This document shows, piece after piece, positions 38,090 through 54,897 of a stretch of DNA of 64,000 nucleotides. Source of the DNA: Octopus sinensis (lineage: Eukaryota); NCBI RefSeq assembly GCF_006345805.1, contig NC_043004.1, forward strand, positions 29,450,001 to 29,514,000, given 5' to 3'. The notes beneath the pieces are model-generated. The model made no database searches. It was not told the origin of the DNA and was given only the letters and a program-made list of their open reading frames with translations. Position 1 is the stretch's first letter. Each line of letters opens with the position of its first letter. A program made the translations under genes and the position numbers.

Positions 38090-39430
38090 GATGACCTATG
38101 TCTCCCCGAGAACGTCGTCGCGCTTTTCCTCCACTGATCCTCTGTAAAAAGCTTAAAGTGGACGTTTCACTTATCGCAGTGTCCGATTAGCTGAGGGTTA
38201 TGAGTGCTTGAAGACATTCCACTTTCTAAATGCTCCCACTCGGTCTCTGTTTTACCCAGGACTGCAGCTCCGTTAAAGAAACTAGCTGTAGAAATACGTG
38301 TCTGGCGAACGGCGACCACACCTGTTCACCGTCAAGGAAACACTGGAGATATCGTAGCCTCAGCGCATATCAGCGCATCCTTAACCACGGCATGCCCTAG
38401 CCACCATGCAGTGGATACTGACAGCAGATAGACCGCCTGACCATCGGGACGCGTCCCTTCCTCAAGAAGCGGAAGAATATACGCTCCAACGTAATCAGAC
38501 GGTGGCCAGGACAAGGCACGACAGTCAAGCGATAGTAGATCACAGACGCGATATACTCGTTAGCCACCTCTACCCGACCTTTCAGAGATAGCTTTCTCTT
38601 GGCCCATTTCCGGGTGACTGTAGTCACCCTGCTTCGTAACTTGTCCCAGTTTTTGCCCATCTGGAGGTCCGGAACGAACAAGACCCTGATCATTTTAACC
38701 TGTCTGTCTGTCTAGTGCCCAACGACGCAGTTGGACGGTATGAACTTGCTTCTCCAGGTGCCGAGTCGCAAGCCCGCTGATTTTTCCTGGTTAACTGTCG
38801 CTCCTGAAACCGCCTCGTAGTCCCTGAGAGCGGTGACGATCATTTCCATGTGTTTATGATCCGACATACTACGGTGACGTCGCCAGCATATGCCGACACG
38901 CATCTCCTACATTCTAGGTAACGCAAGATGCCTTTCCAACGCCTCCAGTTTGTGTAGTAGTGGATCAAGAGTCAGTACGTATAAGAGAGACAAGAGGAAA
39001 CAAGCTTGCCGGATCGAGCGCATGATGTTGAACGGCTCTGAAAGGTGACTGTTCACTCTGACCACTGTATAGATGTCGCTAAATTGATCAGGGCCCCATC
39101 CGTGCCAGGTTCTTTAGCCACTTTCTCAATGATATATCGCATGAGGTGGAGGTTGTCGTGAGTGGATCTTTTCGGAATGGCACATGACTGTGCCTCCCCT
39201 ACCAGATCCCCAACGATAAGCGCCAACCTCGTAGCTACACCTTGGCCAAAATTTTGAACATTGTATTCGGCAGAGTTGTGGGTCTAAAGTTGTCAATACA
39301 ATCCCCTTTGTTCGGGTCTTTCCTCAGCAACGCCACCGCTCCTCGGTTCACAAAACTGGGAATTATCCCATTCTGTTGCCAGTTGCAGTGAACGTTTGCT
39401 AAGAGGTAACCAAACAAGTTTGGCATGTAA
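38090..39430 (-). mobile_element. Tx1/L1-superfamily LINE RT fragment, decayed
   Basis: GAVALLRKDPNK..NFRPTTLPNTMFKILAKV, RSIRQACFLSLLLYVLTLDPLL, SAYAGDVT, LSLKGRVEVAN, RVPMVRRSICCQYPLHGG. Confidence 0.8.
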
Positions 39431-42400
39431 GCGAAATTTCAGTTGATGAAAGCGTTCGAGTATTTTTGTGTGGCGACGATACAAAGTCCAAGTTTCACAA
39501 CCATATGGACGGGTAGATATAACACTGCAATCTAGTACTGAAATAGTATCTGTACATAATCAGCCACACTAAAGTGATAAACACGCAATAAATAACCAAT
39601 CAGTTACAGTGTTCCTGGTAGGGATATATCGGCAGAGTTTTACTGAACATTTAGATAATACATTTATGTAAATAGGAAATAATATATTAGATTTCCTGCC
39701 ACTTAAGGATCTGCACAAACCCTACAGGAAGAGAGTGATCTGTTTAACATGAAGGTTTAACAGTTCATTAAATTAATAGATGGCATTTCACCTCAGAGAA
39801 GAGGAAAGAAAACAAAGGAAACTGCATTAAACAACGGTATGTGGCATAAAGTAAAGAAACAGAACAGAAAGAACTGAAGTTTAAATAATATAACACAAAT
39901 AACAATTTCTGGAGGCAAATAAGAAAGTGGAGGGAAGTGAAAATTTATTTCGTAACAAACAAAATATTGATCGGAGATAAATAATACTGGGATAACTGAA
40001 TAAAAGTGAGTTAAATCAGTGAAAAAAAAACAAAGAAAACGAAGAAATATAAAGGAAACTATATAGAAATTTTGGTAATCAAAGAGGTAATATTAAACAA
40101 AATTTTATCCAATTTAAAAAAAAACCTTCTGATAACGATGTTAAAACATCCTTATATTAGTCGATAAGGGAGAGAAACAGAATTTAAGGCTGCTTCTTTT
40201 CTTCTTATATAATCACAGATTTTGCACTAATTTTATTCTACCCTTGTTTTTAATGTTTTTGTTTCTGTTCTTTATATTTACTCTTTGTTCTTTTGTTCTT
40301 TATTTCTCCCTAATTACACCACACCACCACTACTGCCACCATCATCTCCACCGCTGTCTTTTCTTCAGTTCAATATCCTTTTCAATCTTTGATCTTTTTC
40401 TGAGTTTCATTCAAAAAATTCTTTTTTATTTTTTTTTTTTTTTTTTTTTTTACAATTCCCTGCTTTTTGTTTTCTTCTTTCTCTTTCTATTATTATCAAT
40501 TTTCTATTTCTACCAACACCGTAATCTCTGTGTATTGTCTTAGTTCCCCTTCTGCTACATCACTGACATATCTTATTCATTCATCTAGGCACCATTTTGA
40601 TTCTCAATTCTTTTCTTTCTAATTCTAATTCAAATATTTACATTGCTTTCATTGGTTTTTACCACAGCACATCTCATTTTCTAAAAACATCCATAGATAA
40701 TTAAATAAAACAAAAATATGTAGATAAATAAATAGAAAGCACAGCTCAAATTTAATATGGCTGTTGTTTTATTACCATTTGTAACTAATAATTTTATTTT
40801 AAAGATTTTATTTAGGAAATTTTTTCTCGTCATGAATAATCCACACGGTATTTTAGGTTTGCTTTGGGCAGTATTTGAGTTTAACTGAACTTCGTTGAAA
40901 AACCGTCTGTTCAATATGGAAACTTCTAAATTAAGTAACCTCTGATAAGTTAACTGCTGCTAATTTTCTATTATATCGATTCTATATTAGCTAACAAACT
41001 ATTTAGGTGACTAGCATTTCCATTGATAAGTGACTACGATTAATATACAATGACTACTAATGGTAGTATTTTTTAGAATATTCACTATAACTTGGAAAAG
41101 ACAACTATTTTATATAAATTTACATTATAACAAGATTATTGTAAAATGAAGATTTACTTAAACTCCAAATTAGGTGAGTTTTGTTTTCGCATTTTAACTT
41201 GAACTTTTTTCTCCTTTTGGTAATATGTCTCCTTCTTCAGGCTTGTTTATGGTTCACTACGATACGCAATCACCCATTAGAAATATAGAGCTATAATTAT
41301 TTTATATGCACAGATAGATACATGCGCATACTCAGTGTATGCTTAATATGCATCATTACCCTTCATTTTCTGAATAAAAATGTCTAGATAAGCTATTTTC
41401 ATTCAAAAGCTATTAGCATGGTTCAGCCCAAAACTGAAGAAAGGACGTTACGCAGAATAATGAAAACATAACCGTGGTGTTGCCATAGTGTGGAAACCAG
41501 GTGGGAAAAGTTTTATCAAAATCGATTCACAGAAAACCGAGAAATCCTAAACTTCACTCCTAAACTATTAGCATGGTTCTCGGTGTCTTTCTGACAAGTA
41601 TAACATATTTGTATGGTGAATAGATTTCTATTCTGAGTTGGGGGGGTTTTGTCATAAGTAACAATAAATGATAAATTAACTGATTTAGATATATGACAAA
41701 AACCCAAGTCAGAATAGAAATCTACTCGCCATACAAATATGCTGTACTTGTAAAAAAGACAGACACAGAAAGAGACAGATAGCGAGTCAATAATGATAAA
41801 GAGAGAACATTCGACGACAGTTTTATCGTAAAATCCACGTTTAAATAAATTAATTTCCAATTAATTAATTAATCTTTGCTCAAAGTTCTCTGCATATTAA
41901 TTTTTATTTACTAACTGATCTTGAGGAGGTGTTTATGACGTGGTGTTTGCACTAAGGTAGGCAGGACATACACTTAGTCGTCGGTAAGAAGAGATCTTAT
42001 GATTAAAGCTAAACCATTGTCGCTATTTAGTTCATAAAAGATAGTTTTGTATTTAAGGATATCGTTCGATCAGTAAGTTGATATTATCAATTATCGTAAT
42101 AACGTTAAGACTACAGTTAGAAGAGAAATAAATCAACACAGACAATGATAACAACAACAACCAAAGCAACATTTCTCACACAAGATTTACCGAATTAGAA
42201 AACAATATTAAATTAAAGCGAACACGTTTGATAATTTGCTACATGTAGTGTAAATTGCTTTTCACACAATTGGTAAAATAAAATTGTTTATTCGTCACTA
42301 CTGAAGATCTATAACTGTCTTGCTTTAAACAGGATATCGATCTCATCGGATTACACTCAGGCCAGTTTATCAAGAAGCTGGTATAATCTATAGTATTATC

Positions 42401-42872
42401 TACAGTATATTGCGGGGTTTTGTTTTATTGATGTTTCAGCATGCCTTATATTAGTTAGATGACACTACATACTGTAGGGCACCTGATCTGTTCTCTCTAT
42501 TGGAGGCGAGGTGTTATATCCACGTTCCTTTTCGGGATCTTACAGACTAGTAAGGGGAAAGGAAGATGTTATCTTGAGATTAGAAACCTAACCCGAAATA
42601 TCTGCAGTACAATAGATTCCGATAAGGTAGCCAATAGCCTTGTAGCGGTACTAAACAGACAGGACTCCACAGTTTTGTCCTATTAAATCGCCCTGATTCT
42701 CGAAGCTTTGTTCGACCCGAGGCTGTAGTAGAAGACATTTACTTCCAGAATCGCTAAGCGGGATCGAACCCAGTGCCAAGCATTTGTGAAACAAACTTTT
42801 CGATTACACATCCATGCACATCCCAGCCTGCACCCATTTTGATTCATACACACACACACACGCACAAACACA

Positions 42873-42942
<70 letters not shown>

Positions 42943-43277
42943 TATTTTTTAAATTTTGTGGGGTTATGTACGATAAAAAGAATGATAATAACAATAATCC
43001 TTGGGTGGAATTTACAAACATTTTATGCATCGCTACGCGCGTTTCCACAAATCACATGACTCTTGAGATCACAGTCCGTATTCCTGGGATGATTACGGTG
43101 TAGTCCGTAGTATCCGTGGGCATCCGGTTAATCATCATCATTGATTCATTTCTTCAGGCGATATAACATTAGTTGATGTACAACAGAGGGATGCTTATCC
43201 CTTTTTACTAGTGTAAAAGCGAGATTTGTGGATATTTCTCCCCACCAAACACACACAGAAATATATATATATATATA

Positions 43278-43579
43278 TCACGTGATCACGTGACCGACCA
43301 GACCATCAGATGTTGTTACACATCGCTGGTCACAATGCGTTCGCATTGTTTTAGCCTTCGAATGACGCTACCCCACTGGCTAAGCGAGCAGGCCAACAGA
43401 AGAAAGAGTGAGAGAAAGAGTGGTGAAAGAGTACAGCAGGGATCACCACCCCCTACCGGAGCCTCGTGGAGCTTTTAGGTGTTTTCGCTCAATAAACACT
43501 CACAACGCCCGGTCTAGGAATCGAAACCGCGATCCTACGACCGCGAGTCCGCTGCCCTAACCACTGGGCCATTGCGCCT

Positions 43580-43581
<2 letters not shown>
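43278..43581 (-). mobile_element. tRNA-derived SINE family III
   Basis: Head GGAGGCGCAATGGCCCAGTGGTTAGGGCAG with B-box-like GGTTTCGATTCC; embedded between (TA)n and (CA)n. Confidence 0.85.
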
Positions 43582-43652
<71 letters not shown>

Positions 43653-44058
43653 ATACAACGTAGGCTCGATATGAGATCTCCAAGTTTACTTTTTATTTAC
43701 CGATAACCTGAACTTTATCCTGCTGAATATGTTGTATTTGAATTAATATATTAGTTTTTCCGTCGAGGCACAGCGACACAGATAATAGAAGAGAATAAGA
43801 TGCTATGACGTTCATTGACCTTATTATGGATCTATTCAACATCGATATAGTGAAATTAGTCACAGTTGATATTATCAACACTAGAGCAACAATAATTGCA
43901 TCTAAATGAGTTTTTAAGACAAACTAATGAGGCCAGTGACCCAGCAACAAAATTTGCTAAGGGGGTGCAAACCCAGGTCCCAATTTTTTAAATGAAAAAT
44001 GTGGATTTTTCCTAAGTTAACATTAAAACAAATGCAGGTATAATAATTTTTATTATTA

Positions 44059-44400
44059 TGAGGGTCGGCTGAAATATTCGTAATCTGAGCAAGACACTCT
44101 CAATGGAATGTGACCAAATGAAGTTCATTTTCTAACATAGTTCCTCTTACTGTCCACACTTCCATTAGTAGTTGCAGTGCTTGGGTCGCACTGGTGAAGA
44201 AGCTTTTCTGTTGATCAAAATAGTCATCAACAACAGATAAGATGTTCTCATCATAGTGAAACTGGTGCTCAGCTGAGTGTTTTTCTATGTTGGGAAACAG
44301 ATGATAACCAGAAGGAACCAAATCACTAACATAGGGAGCATGATCAACCATTTCAAAGCCAGTCACATACAGCAGCCATTGAAACCAAGGACTTATGTGC
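44059..44400 (-). mobile_element. Mariner transposase C-terminal remnant with one terminal repeat
   Basis: FEMVDHAPYVSDLVPSGYHLFPNIEKH matches the mariner HPPYSPDLAPSDYHLF motif; TA followed by TGAGGGTCGGCTGAAA at the end. Confidence 0.8.
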
Positions 44401-44839
44401 TGAAGCATTGTCCTAATGAAACAAGACCCCATTTATCAGTTTTTCTGGGTGTTTGGTCTTGATAGCCTTTCATAACTGCCTTCGGAAGTTGGTATTGAAA
44501 TTTCCCATTGATGGTGTGATCATTTTGAAGATAGCCAATAAACACAATATTTTTTGCATTAATGCATAGTATATATAATAATGTGAAGTATATTTTGCAT
44601 ATTAAAATGTTTAATTTTGGAAATGTATCAAGCAGTAAAAATACAAATTGCAAGTATTTCAAAATGTGGGACAAAAACTAACAAAAAAGGGAAGAAAATA
44701 GTGGTGCTTGTGTTCCAAAGGTACAATGAGGAGGCTCAGGAGAAGGATAGAGAGATGGGGTAGAAGGAAGGAAGTTAGAAGGAAAGAAAAGAATGAAAAG
44801 TTAAAAGATAAATTGGGGGTCTGAAATGAGTACTAAGCA

Positions 44840-45036
44840 GGAAATTGGCCCCTGTGCCAGTGGCACGTAAAAACAGCACCCACTACAATATCAGAGTGGT
44901 TGGCGTTAAGAAAGGCATCCAGCTGTAGAAACACTGCCAGATTAGACTGGAGCCTGGTGCAGCCTCCTGGCTTCCCAGGCCCCAGTCGAACCATTCAACC
45001 TATTCTAGCATGGAAATGGACATTAAACGCTGATGT
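44840..45036 (+). mobile_element. SINE or LINE-tail-like repeat fragment
   Basis: GGTTGGCGTTAAGAAAGGCATCCAGCTGTAGAAAC..CATGGAAATGGACATTAAACG, recognised as a common retroposon 3' module. Confidence 0.55.
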
Positions 45037-47560
45037 CTTACCTATGCACTGGTCAAGTAGAAAAATGATGAGTGACAAAAAATTGGATTGTCTTTTGGTA
45101 CCAAAAAAGTGAAGAAAGAGAGTAGAGAAGGTTAGGGAAGAGCAAGTAGGAAGAAAGAGAGAGTGTGGAGAAATAAGGGAATAAAGATAGACAGTAAGTA
45201 GTTGACAGAGATGGACAGAGGAAGAGATGGAAGGTAGTAAAGAGAGAAAAGCAGCAGATAGGTAGAGAGGTAGATAGAGGGGAGAGGAGAAGGATAGAGA
45301 AATAGATAGAAAAGAGAGACAGTCTTGCACCAAATATTGAACACTGCGTAGGGTACCACTGAGTGGGAACAGAAGTGAGTGTGTGACATTACATTGACTA
45401 ACAGACCTAAAATACTGCACAGAAAGTCAACAAACACACATATATAATGATGAAGGAAATTGTTGTATACAGTGCTCAGGTGCACTACAACTAAAAAGAA
45501 AAAATGCTTTGGTTGGAAATAGCTGTGGGAATGACATGAACATTGTGAATAAAAACAAAGTCAAGTATGCTATTTTCCCCTAATTGGACAGGTAATAATT
45601 TGTTGTATGGGAAAGTCTTTTGTTGTATCGAGGAAAGGGTTCATATCCCTCCACATCAGTTGCTTGGTTCCAGACTGGATATAATCCTCGGACCAGCTAA
45701 GATTAGTAAAATTAAAGACCCCTGTTAAAAGCATGTTAGCCTGTGTGCTGGCCTCAGCTAGGGTTAGACTTGTGAGTAAAAAAAAGCACCTCTGAAGTGA
45801 TCTTCGTGGTTAACCGTGTCAGGATGACGGTAGGTAATGCTTTTAATATCATTTCTTTTTTATTTAATTAGTCTGAAATTGCAAATTAGGTCATTTCGGG
45901 GTTGGTCTGCAATCATTTATAGTTAAATGTTTCCTTTCAAAATCTTTTTTTTTTTTAATTGGACTAGTATTTCGAATGAGCAATAAGTATCAAAGCATTT
46001 AACAATGAACATTAAATATCAAAGATAAAAATAAATCATTTTGTTCCTTTGTCAAACTTTAGACCTAACAACCTTAATGAGAAAACCGATATGACTGAAA
46101 GAATTTTTAGAGGGCTTTTATTTTTAGGCTGAGGTCAAACAGTAGAATCTATTCAACCATGTCGTCAGTCTTTAGCAACATCAACTTCAAAGAACTTGAG
46201 AGAGGTGACAGACTGAGAGAGGACAAGAACCTTCACACATTTTCAGCATTGCAAGATTTTGGAGTTATTTTTGTCAGAATAGAACTGTCTTCAAGAATCC
46301 AAGTAATGCTATGTATTGAAGAGTAGCCGTAGATGCTGGTCATATTGTAGTTCTTGTTGTTTTCTGCTACTGTTGTTGATGTCACATACTTTTTTATTTT
46401 GACGCTACTTTGCTTCAGAAGTTGGTTAGTCATAAATTTCCTTGGGAATTTTAAGCCCAGCTTCATCACTTTTATTTATTTATTTTGTTCTTTGTTTCTT
46501 TAAAACGAAATCTAGCTTCAAGCATCTTATACAGATAATTTTTTAGACACTATTTTCTGAAACTGGTAAAGTTATGTAGGGGTGCAAATTTTGATCTTGC
46601 ACCACCTGAAAATTCCAAGGGGTGCAGGTGCACCCGCTGCACCCCCTGTTCCCGGGCCCTTGAATGAGGCCCAAAATTTTGTAAAGCATACAAATCTCTA
46701 AGCAGATTGGCCGAATCGGTTGAGTACTTGAAAAAAATATATTTAATTGCGATCCAATAAATGAGGTCAAATCTCTCTGCTGTCGATGTTACCTTTCATA
46801 CTTCAGGTGTCTCAATAAAAGAACATACCAATTCAGGATAGGGGTCGATTTAATTGACTACATCTTTCTTGCAAAGTGTTTGACCTTGTGCCAAAGTTAT
46901 AAATAAATATTTATTACAGAAACACAATAGCACAAAATGGCATCGATGCCATTCTCATAGACATCGGTATCGTAAATAAATGATAACATTTGGGAATACA
47001 AACTGTGTCACAGAGTATTCTACATTGATTACCACCTCCACAGAAATCAATATTCATTGCCGCAAAGTGTCCTTTTTATAATGTTTATTTTTTCGGTTAT
47101 GATAATGTATTTGTATATGTCTGTGTATATTTATCAATATATGTGCATGCATGTATGTATATATGTATGTATTATGTAAGTATGTATGTATGTATGTATG
47201 TATGTATGTGTAAACGTTATTGTGGAGCTTTACTCCGCCTCTGTCTTCTACACTGTCTTCTATCACAGAATGACATATTTTCTTGAATATAAAAAGAACA
47301 GGGATGATTTAGTGGAGTGTTAGTACTTTCGTAAGGAAAAAAATTAGCTTTATTTTTGTAAAATATATAAACACACATTTCCGTTCTATCTTTCTTTTGC
47401 TCTCTAACGCACATACATATTCACATAAATAGGCACAAAGATACACACACTGCTTGAGTGTGTGCGTGTGAGCCTTTAGTTCTAATAGTGTATGTATGCA
47501 TGTATGTGTGCGTGTGTGTACATACACACACTGACAGACACGCATACATACGTACACATA

Positions 47561-47617
<57 letters not shown>

Positions 47618-47779
47618 GTACCCCCACACACTCCTTTAACTCTACTACTGCCTGCTACTAGCCACTGTCCACCATACACACACATACACACACACGCACA
47701 CACACATACACACACCCTCGTTTTCTCGCACACCTTTTTTACCATTCCCTCTTTGATTCAGCTCTCCTGTTTTTAAAAA

Positions 47780-48030
47780 ACATTTTCCTCCTTTTTTACA
47801 ACTTCTGTCTTTTCAGTATGTGACCTCGTGAAGACTACCTGCAATTTTTTTTCCTCTGTCCTCCCGTCTCGGGATCTTTCTTTCTCCTATGTTTCCGACG
47901 AAGAGCTCCGCTCGAAACGTCATACTCTCCTTCTTCCATTTTCCTGAGCGCCTAATAATATTAATACTGTAATTGTTTCACGTGTTGTTGTTTTTTCTGT
48001 TTTCCCGTTTGGATTAACCTTATACATATA
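47780..48030 (+). mobile_element. Short PLE-terminal-like repeat (HHR family D)
   Basis: Homologous to 6030-6215; ends in a TA/CA repeat. Confidence 0.55.
47891..47925 (+). ncRNA. Minimal hammerhead ribozyme-like motif (family D), U4C variant
   Basis: GUUU-CCGACGA-A-GAGC-UCC-GCUC-GAAA-CG-UC/AUAC; palindromic ACGU stem III. Confidence 0.45.
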
Positions 48031-48689
48031 TATACATTCACATACACATTCACATACACACACAACATATGACCACATACGAGATGCAAAACAAACAAAG
48101 TGGAGAAAATACTGCTCGAATGCCAAAGACAGAGTAAAATAATATTTTATTGAAGCAGAAAAGACTTTGCAAAACAGCTTTGAGTATTTCGAGCATTATT
48201 AGAACTCTGAGTAACGGTCTGCGAAGTCTGTATACTGCTTTCTGAATTCAAATGTTAACGTCCTTGCCATCCTTCTCTTTAGAGTCGACAAAATAAATAC
48301 CAATCATATATTTATTCATCACCCACCCCATTGTATCTAATTAAAAGAAAATTCAGCATTGCAATAGAATCAATATCACAACAGCTAATGTTGTAATTCA
48401 CCCGCTGTATTTTATCAAAATAAGTCTAGTCTGCTTTTCTTCTGTTGTTCTGTTCCATATATTTTATAAAAAATTTCCATATAGCATCGTCATACCAGCA
48501 AGCATTAGCGAAGTTTATATATCAGCTGATGAAGGCTAATAACAAAGAAGTACTCAGTGGTGATGTTTGCTTCGGTATCGACAAAGTTTCCCGTCCCATT
48601 CTTGCTATCCTCTCATGCATAAAATGCTCCAAACCACCATAAGATACAACACAAAATTTGGGCTTGGAAACAATATGTCAGGCCGCTTA

Positions 48690-49480
48690 CGGTATGTACA
48701 AGAACACTTCCCAAATGGAGTGCCACAGGGATCTGTCCTTTTACTCCTTTTTACTCACGAAAAAATATTGGTTACAAAATAAGGCTTAAATTAACGCCAA
48801 CCAAATCTTCTGACTTTCTTCTTACCAGAAATACTGGAGAACATCAATACAACTAACTTTATAATGCAAAAACATAGACAGATCTCAGAGAGCGTGGGAA
48901 GAGTGAAAAGACGATGTAGGACTAACATACAGCTATTCCACAACATTCACAACACACATAGAAGGTATAGTAAAGAGAGAAAAGCTATGCACAAAGAAAC
49001 AACAGCAATGTTGTATAACTACTACATTAGAACCCTCGTGAACAATGGCAGCATCATACCAGTTTGTATATGGACCGCAACTATTGACCAGAGCGAAACC
49101 AAAATATGAAACTGCACAAGAGACGGGTACAGTTTGTTGTCACAGCAAGCTTTAGGCTATGCAGTCTCTTTCATTACATAATATATCACCATTAGATATT
49201 AAGCACTTGCAATACCCCCAACAACATCCTAAAAATACTATCTGTTATTAAACCTGGACAGGAATAAGGACCAGATACGCACACCCACGGAGAAATAGCT
49301 TCCTTGGTCCCAAACACTGTGCTGGGATGTACATCACTGACTTTAAGTATAAAGGAACAGTATCAATCATACTCTTGTTAGGGCCGCATAAGCCACACCT
49401 ACTGTGGACATTAAGGGACATGCTGTACAATACATAGAAAGCATGATGTCCAGACTGTCACACTGCATCCCATATAGTTC
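48690..49480 (+). mobile_element. Highly decayed LINE RT fragment (clade unresolved)
   Basis: NGVPQGSVLLLLF and KETTAMLYNYYIRTLVN..W motifs in broken frames. Confidence 0.5.
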
Positions 49481-50189
49481 ATTACTGTATATCGAAATAT
49501 ACAGTATGGTTATCAACTAAACAAAGACTCGATATATATATAGAAAGATGGGTTGGTGTGTGTAGTGCATTGTGCTATATGAATACTCAGTCAGGACTGA
49601 CCTCAAAGTACCTAACAACAACAACAACAACAGCAATAAAGATGGCCAATGGAAATAGAAAAGGAAAAGAATTAATATTGAAAAGAACTGTTAAATGTTT
49701 AACTCGCTGTGACTAATGGAACGACTTAGAAACAAAAGCTAATGGACTTGCATTGTTTTCTAGAGAAACTTTAGATTGTTCCTGTGTTTGAGAGACTGGC
49801 AAATAAGCAAATCAAAAATCTGTTTAAAGCTAGTTTCAAGACAGACGAGCGGCAAGATGAGACAACTAAAATTGATTTCTATCGAGTCAAGTAGAAATCT
49901 ATTTTTAGCAGAATGTCGACAACATAAAGATAATATTAAGAAGGACGATAGATAGAAAGAGAAGATTCTTTTTATTTGTCTTCTCTCTTTCTCTCTGTCT
50001 CCGTATCTCTCTCTCCGTCTCTCTCTCCCTGCTTCTCTCTCTTTCTCTCTCTCGAAATATCTATCTATCTCGCTCTCTGTCTATCTCTTTCTCTCTTTAT
50101 CTCATAGTTTTTCTTTAGTTTCACAGGTACTTCACTTCCCCACTTTCATTCACTTCATCTAGTTCTTTCAATTATACTCAGTTGTTGTG

Positions 50190-51235
<1,046 letters not shown>

Positions 51236-51839
51236 CATGCATGTATGTACGTATGTATGTATGCATGCATGTATGTATGTTGATAAAATATGTAGCACAG
51301 ACTGAGTCAGAAAAAAAGGAACCGAACTGAAATAAACATCAAAGAAAACCACGTGTTTTGCCGAAAGATATTTTATTCTCTCAAATAAAACCTCTTGAAC
51401 AAACATTTTTTCCATGTTTTTTGTAAACGTGATATCACTTAAGTTTATGTTGTTCTTATTGTTGTTGTCGATTGTTACTGGTAGTGGAGGGGTTGTCATT
51501 GATATCAAATAGAGTTTGTCATTAAAAAATATATGAAACAAAAAGTTTCAGACTTTTAAAAATCAAGAGACTACCGGGAGGTAAAGAGAAGTTGTTGTGT
51601 AGTCCCAAATCATCTCTGATCAAACAGATCTGGAACAAATAATCGATAAGATATCGATAAGACATCTTGATCCGATCGACAGATCCAGATATCCAAAACT
51701 ACCTTGGCTTACACATCCTAACATGCAGTGGTTTATATAGATCGATGCCGTGTACCAGCCTATGCACTGCACTCATCCAGTATTCTTGAATGAATATAAT
51801 TATAACGTGATGGTCAGATCAGAGACAATCAAACTAGAC

Positions 51840-52200
51840 CTGGTCGGGGTTTCAGCTATAATTACCTCAGATGAAGTATGTTACTGAGAATTGGTTATTG
51901 GTTATTGAATCTGCGGTTATTTGGTGTATATTTATCTGGCCTGAGTGGAAGGGATAACATACTTAGGCAGATATTATAGTCAGGTATTACGGTATTGTAG
52001 ATATCACTAGGTATTTGATGGATGATGATGCGTGTAGTGGTTGGGAATCGTGGGTAGTAGCTTGTTTTGCCAACAAACTAATTCAGAGGTTCTTTCAATA
52101 CAAGTGTTCTAGTTTCACAATGTAGATGTTCAAAGGATGTGATCTGTGGGTAACCTATATTAATTAAAGTAGATACATTGTGGTAATCTGTTATGGTTTT
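51840..52200 (-). mobile_element. Possible decayed PLE GIY-YIG end with degenerate HHR-like motif
   Basis: Minus strand LHCETRTLV and FVGKTS..RF resemble the GIY-YIG region; followed by CTGAGGTAATTATAGCTGAAACCCCGAC, which has an imperfect core. Confidence 0.35.
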
Positions 52201-52230
52201 AGGGGAAAGAAAACCCATGCTGGAATGATA

Positions 52231-52730
52231 TCATATATATAAAACTGTAGTTGTGTGAGTGTCTGTCCCCTTCGATTTAGATTCCTAACTACTCCCACAT
52301 TTTGCGGTGCAGTTTAACCAAATTCGGGTATCTTATAGTCGTGATTCATATCGAGCCCATCTGAGTATTAGCGCGCGTCTACGATGAGTCTACGATTTTA
52401 AAAATAATTTAACATCATTTTTTATTCCATTTTAATGCATAATTTTTCGTGTGTCGACGTTGGCGTCCACGCTCACAGCTGCACCTGTTTGCTTCTCCCC
52501 CTTCCCTCCCTCGTGAAGCTGTGGGGAAGGGAGTGTAAAGAAATCAACGTCGTAATGCGTTGTCGAGGAGACCAGCGTTCTTTTAGAACAACGACTTCAT
52601 GGCTTGAAGACACCAAAACAGAAATGGCTAAGAAAGCCCGAATTGGCATCTATAAGGGAAGTAACTCTCTAAAAATGCTTATATAGTTATTTCCCTTACA
52701 AACCCGAGCAACGCCGGGCGATACTGCTAG
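52231..52730 (+). mobile_element. Non-autonomous Helitron (500 bp)
   Basis: 5' TC, 3' CTAG at 52727-52730, subterminal hairpin CCCGAGCAACGCCGGG at 52703-52718, inserted between host A and T with no TSD. Confidence 0.85.
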
Positions 52731-52791
52731 TCATATATATAAATTCAGACACATACACGGACGCACACACTCACACACACACACACGCACA

Positions 52792-53880
<1,089 letters not shown>

Positions 53881-54897
53881 TTGTGTTGCGTTGTGTGGTG
53901 TTGTGGTGTTTTGTGCAACACTGCAACACACAACACAACACAATGCTGCAAACAACATCACGCCACATGTCACACACAATACACATAAAACAAATCAATT
54001 TTCAAAAACCGAAACTCATAATCTTTATTCTAATTTTAATTTTAAAATTCTACAAACCTGCCAAAACAATGAAATTACCTTTTAACGCTTTGAAACGTAT
54101 TCCGACATGAAACCGTATGTCTATGAGAAACCCTGCGAATTTGCAGCTCTAAAATAATACATATGCACACACATATATATGCATATATGTACATAAAATA
54201 AATTCAATTTTTTTTCCAATTTACTAATGTTTTAGTTAGATTTGACCTAAACACATTACATGCATTTATTGCTTTCTTCTTTTCGAAGTCCCCGCCATCT
54301 ACTGCATCTTTATGTTGTGTGTCTCCAGCATTTGGCTTCTCTCTACCATCACCTTCATTCCTCTCAAAAAGCCGCTGGAATTTGAAACACCCTATATGGA
54401 ACCTACTAATTCTCTTCTCATATTTCTAATTGTAATATCTTGAAATTCGGATCTTGTCGTTAAAAACTTCATTCCGAAACGAAAACTAAAAAAAATCCAT
54501 TCCTTTATTTTTTAACAACTAAACCCTTAATTTTGCATTATTTGAAAATATTATGAGACTGAAATATACAGCAGTTTATGACTAAGCAATTTAATTTATG
54601 TTTAATTTATGTATATTTGTATGCATGTGTGAGTCTGTGTATGCATTATTTTGGAACTGCTAATAATCAGGAGTTACCCATTGGCATACAATTCCGCGTC
54701 GAAATACTTTTCAACCCGCAGTTTCTAAAGTGTTTCCACACGAAATTCTAGGCCCATGAGTAACTTCAATGGTATATCCAGATTCAAATTTATTGAAAAA
54801 AATATAATGCATTGAATTTTCTTTCTTTTTTTTTTTTCTTTTTGCAAAACTAAATACACACATACGTATATATAGATAGATAAATTTACTTGGAAAG

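Noticed and set aside
46140-46665. Possible hAT-like terminus (GGGGGTGCAGCGGGTGCACCTGCACCCC) and transposase tail
   Set aside because: No matching second end or TSD was found, and peptide similarity is too weak.
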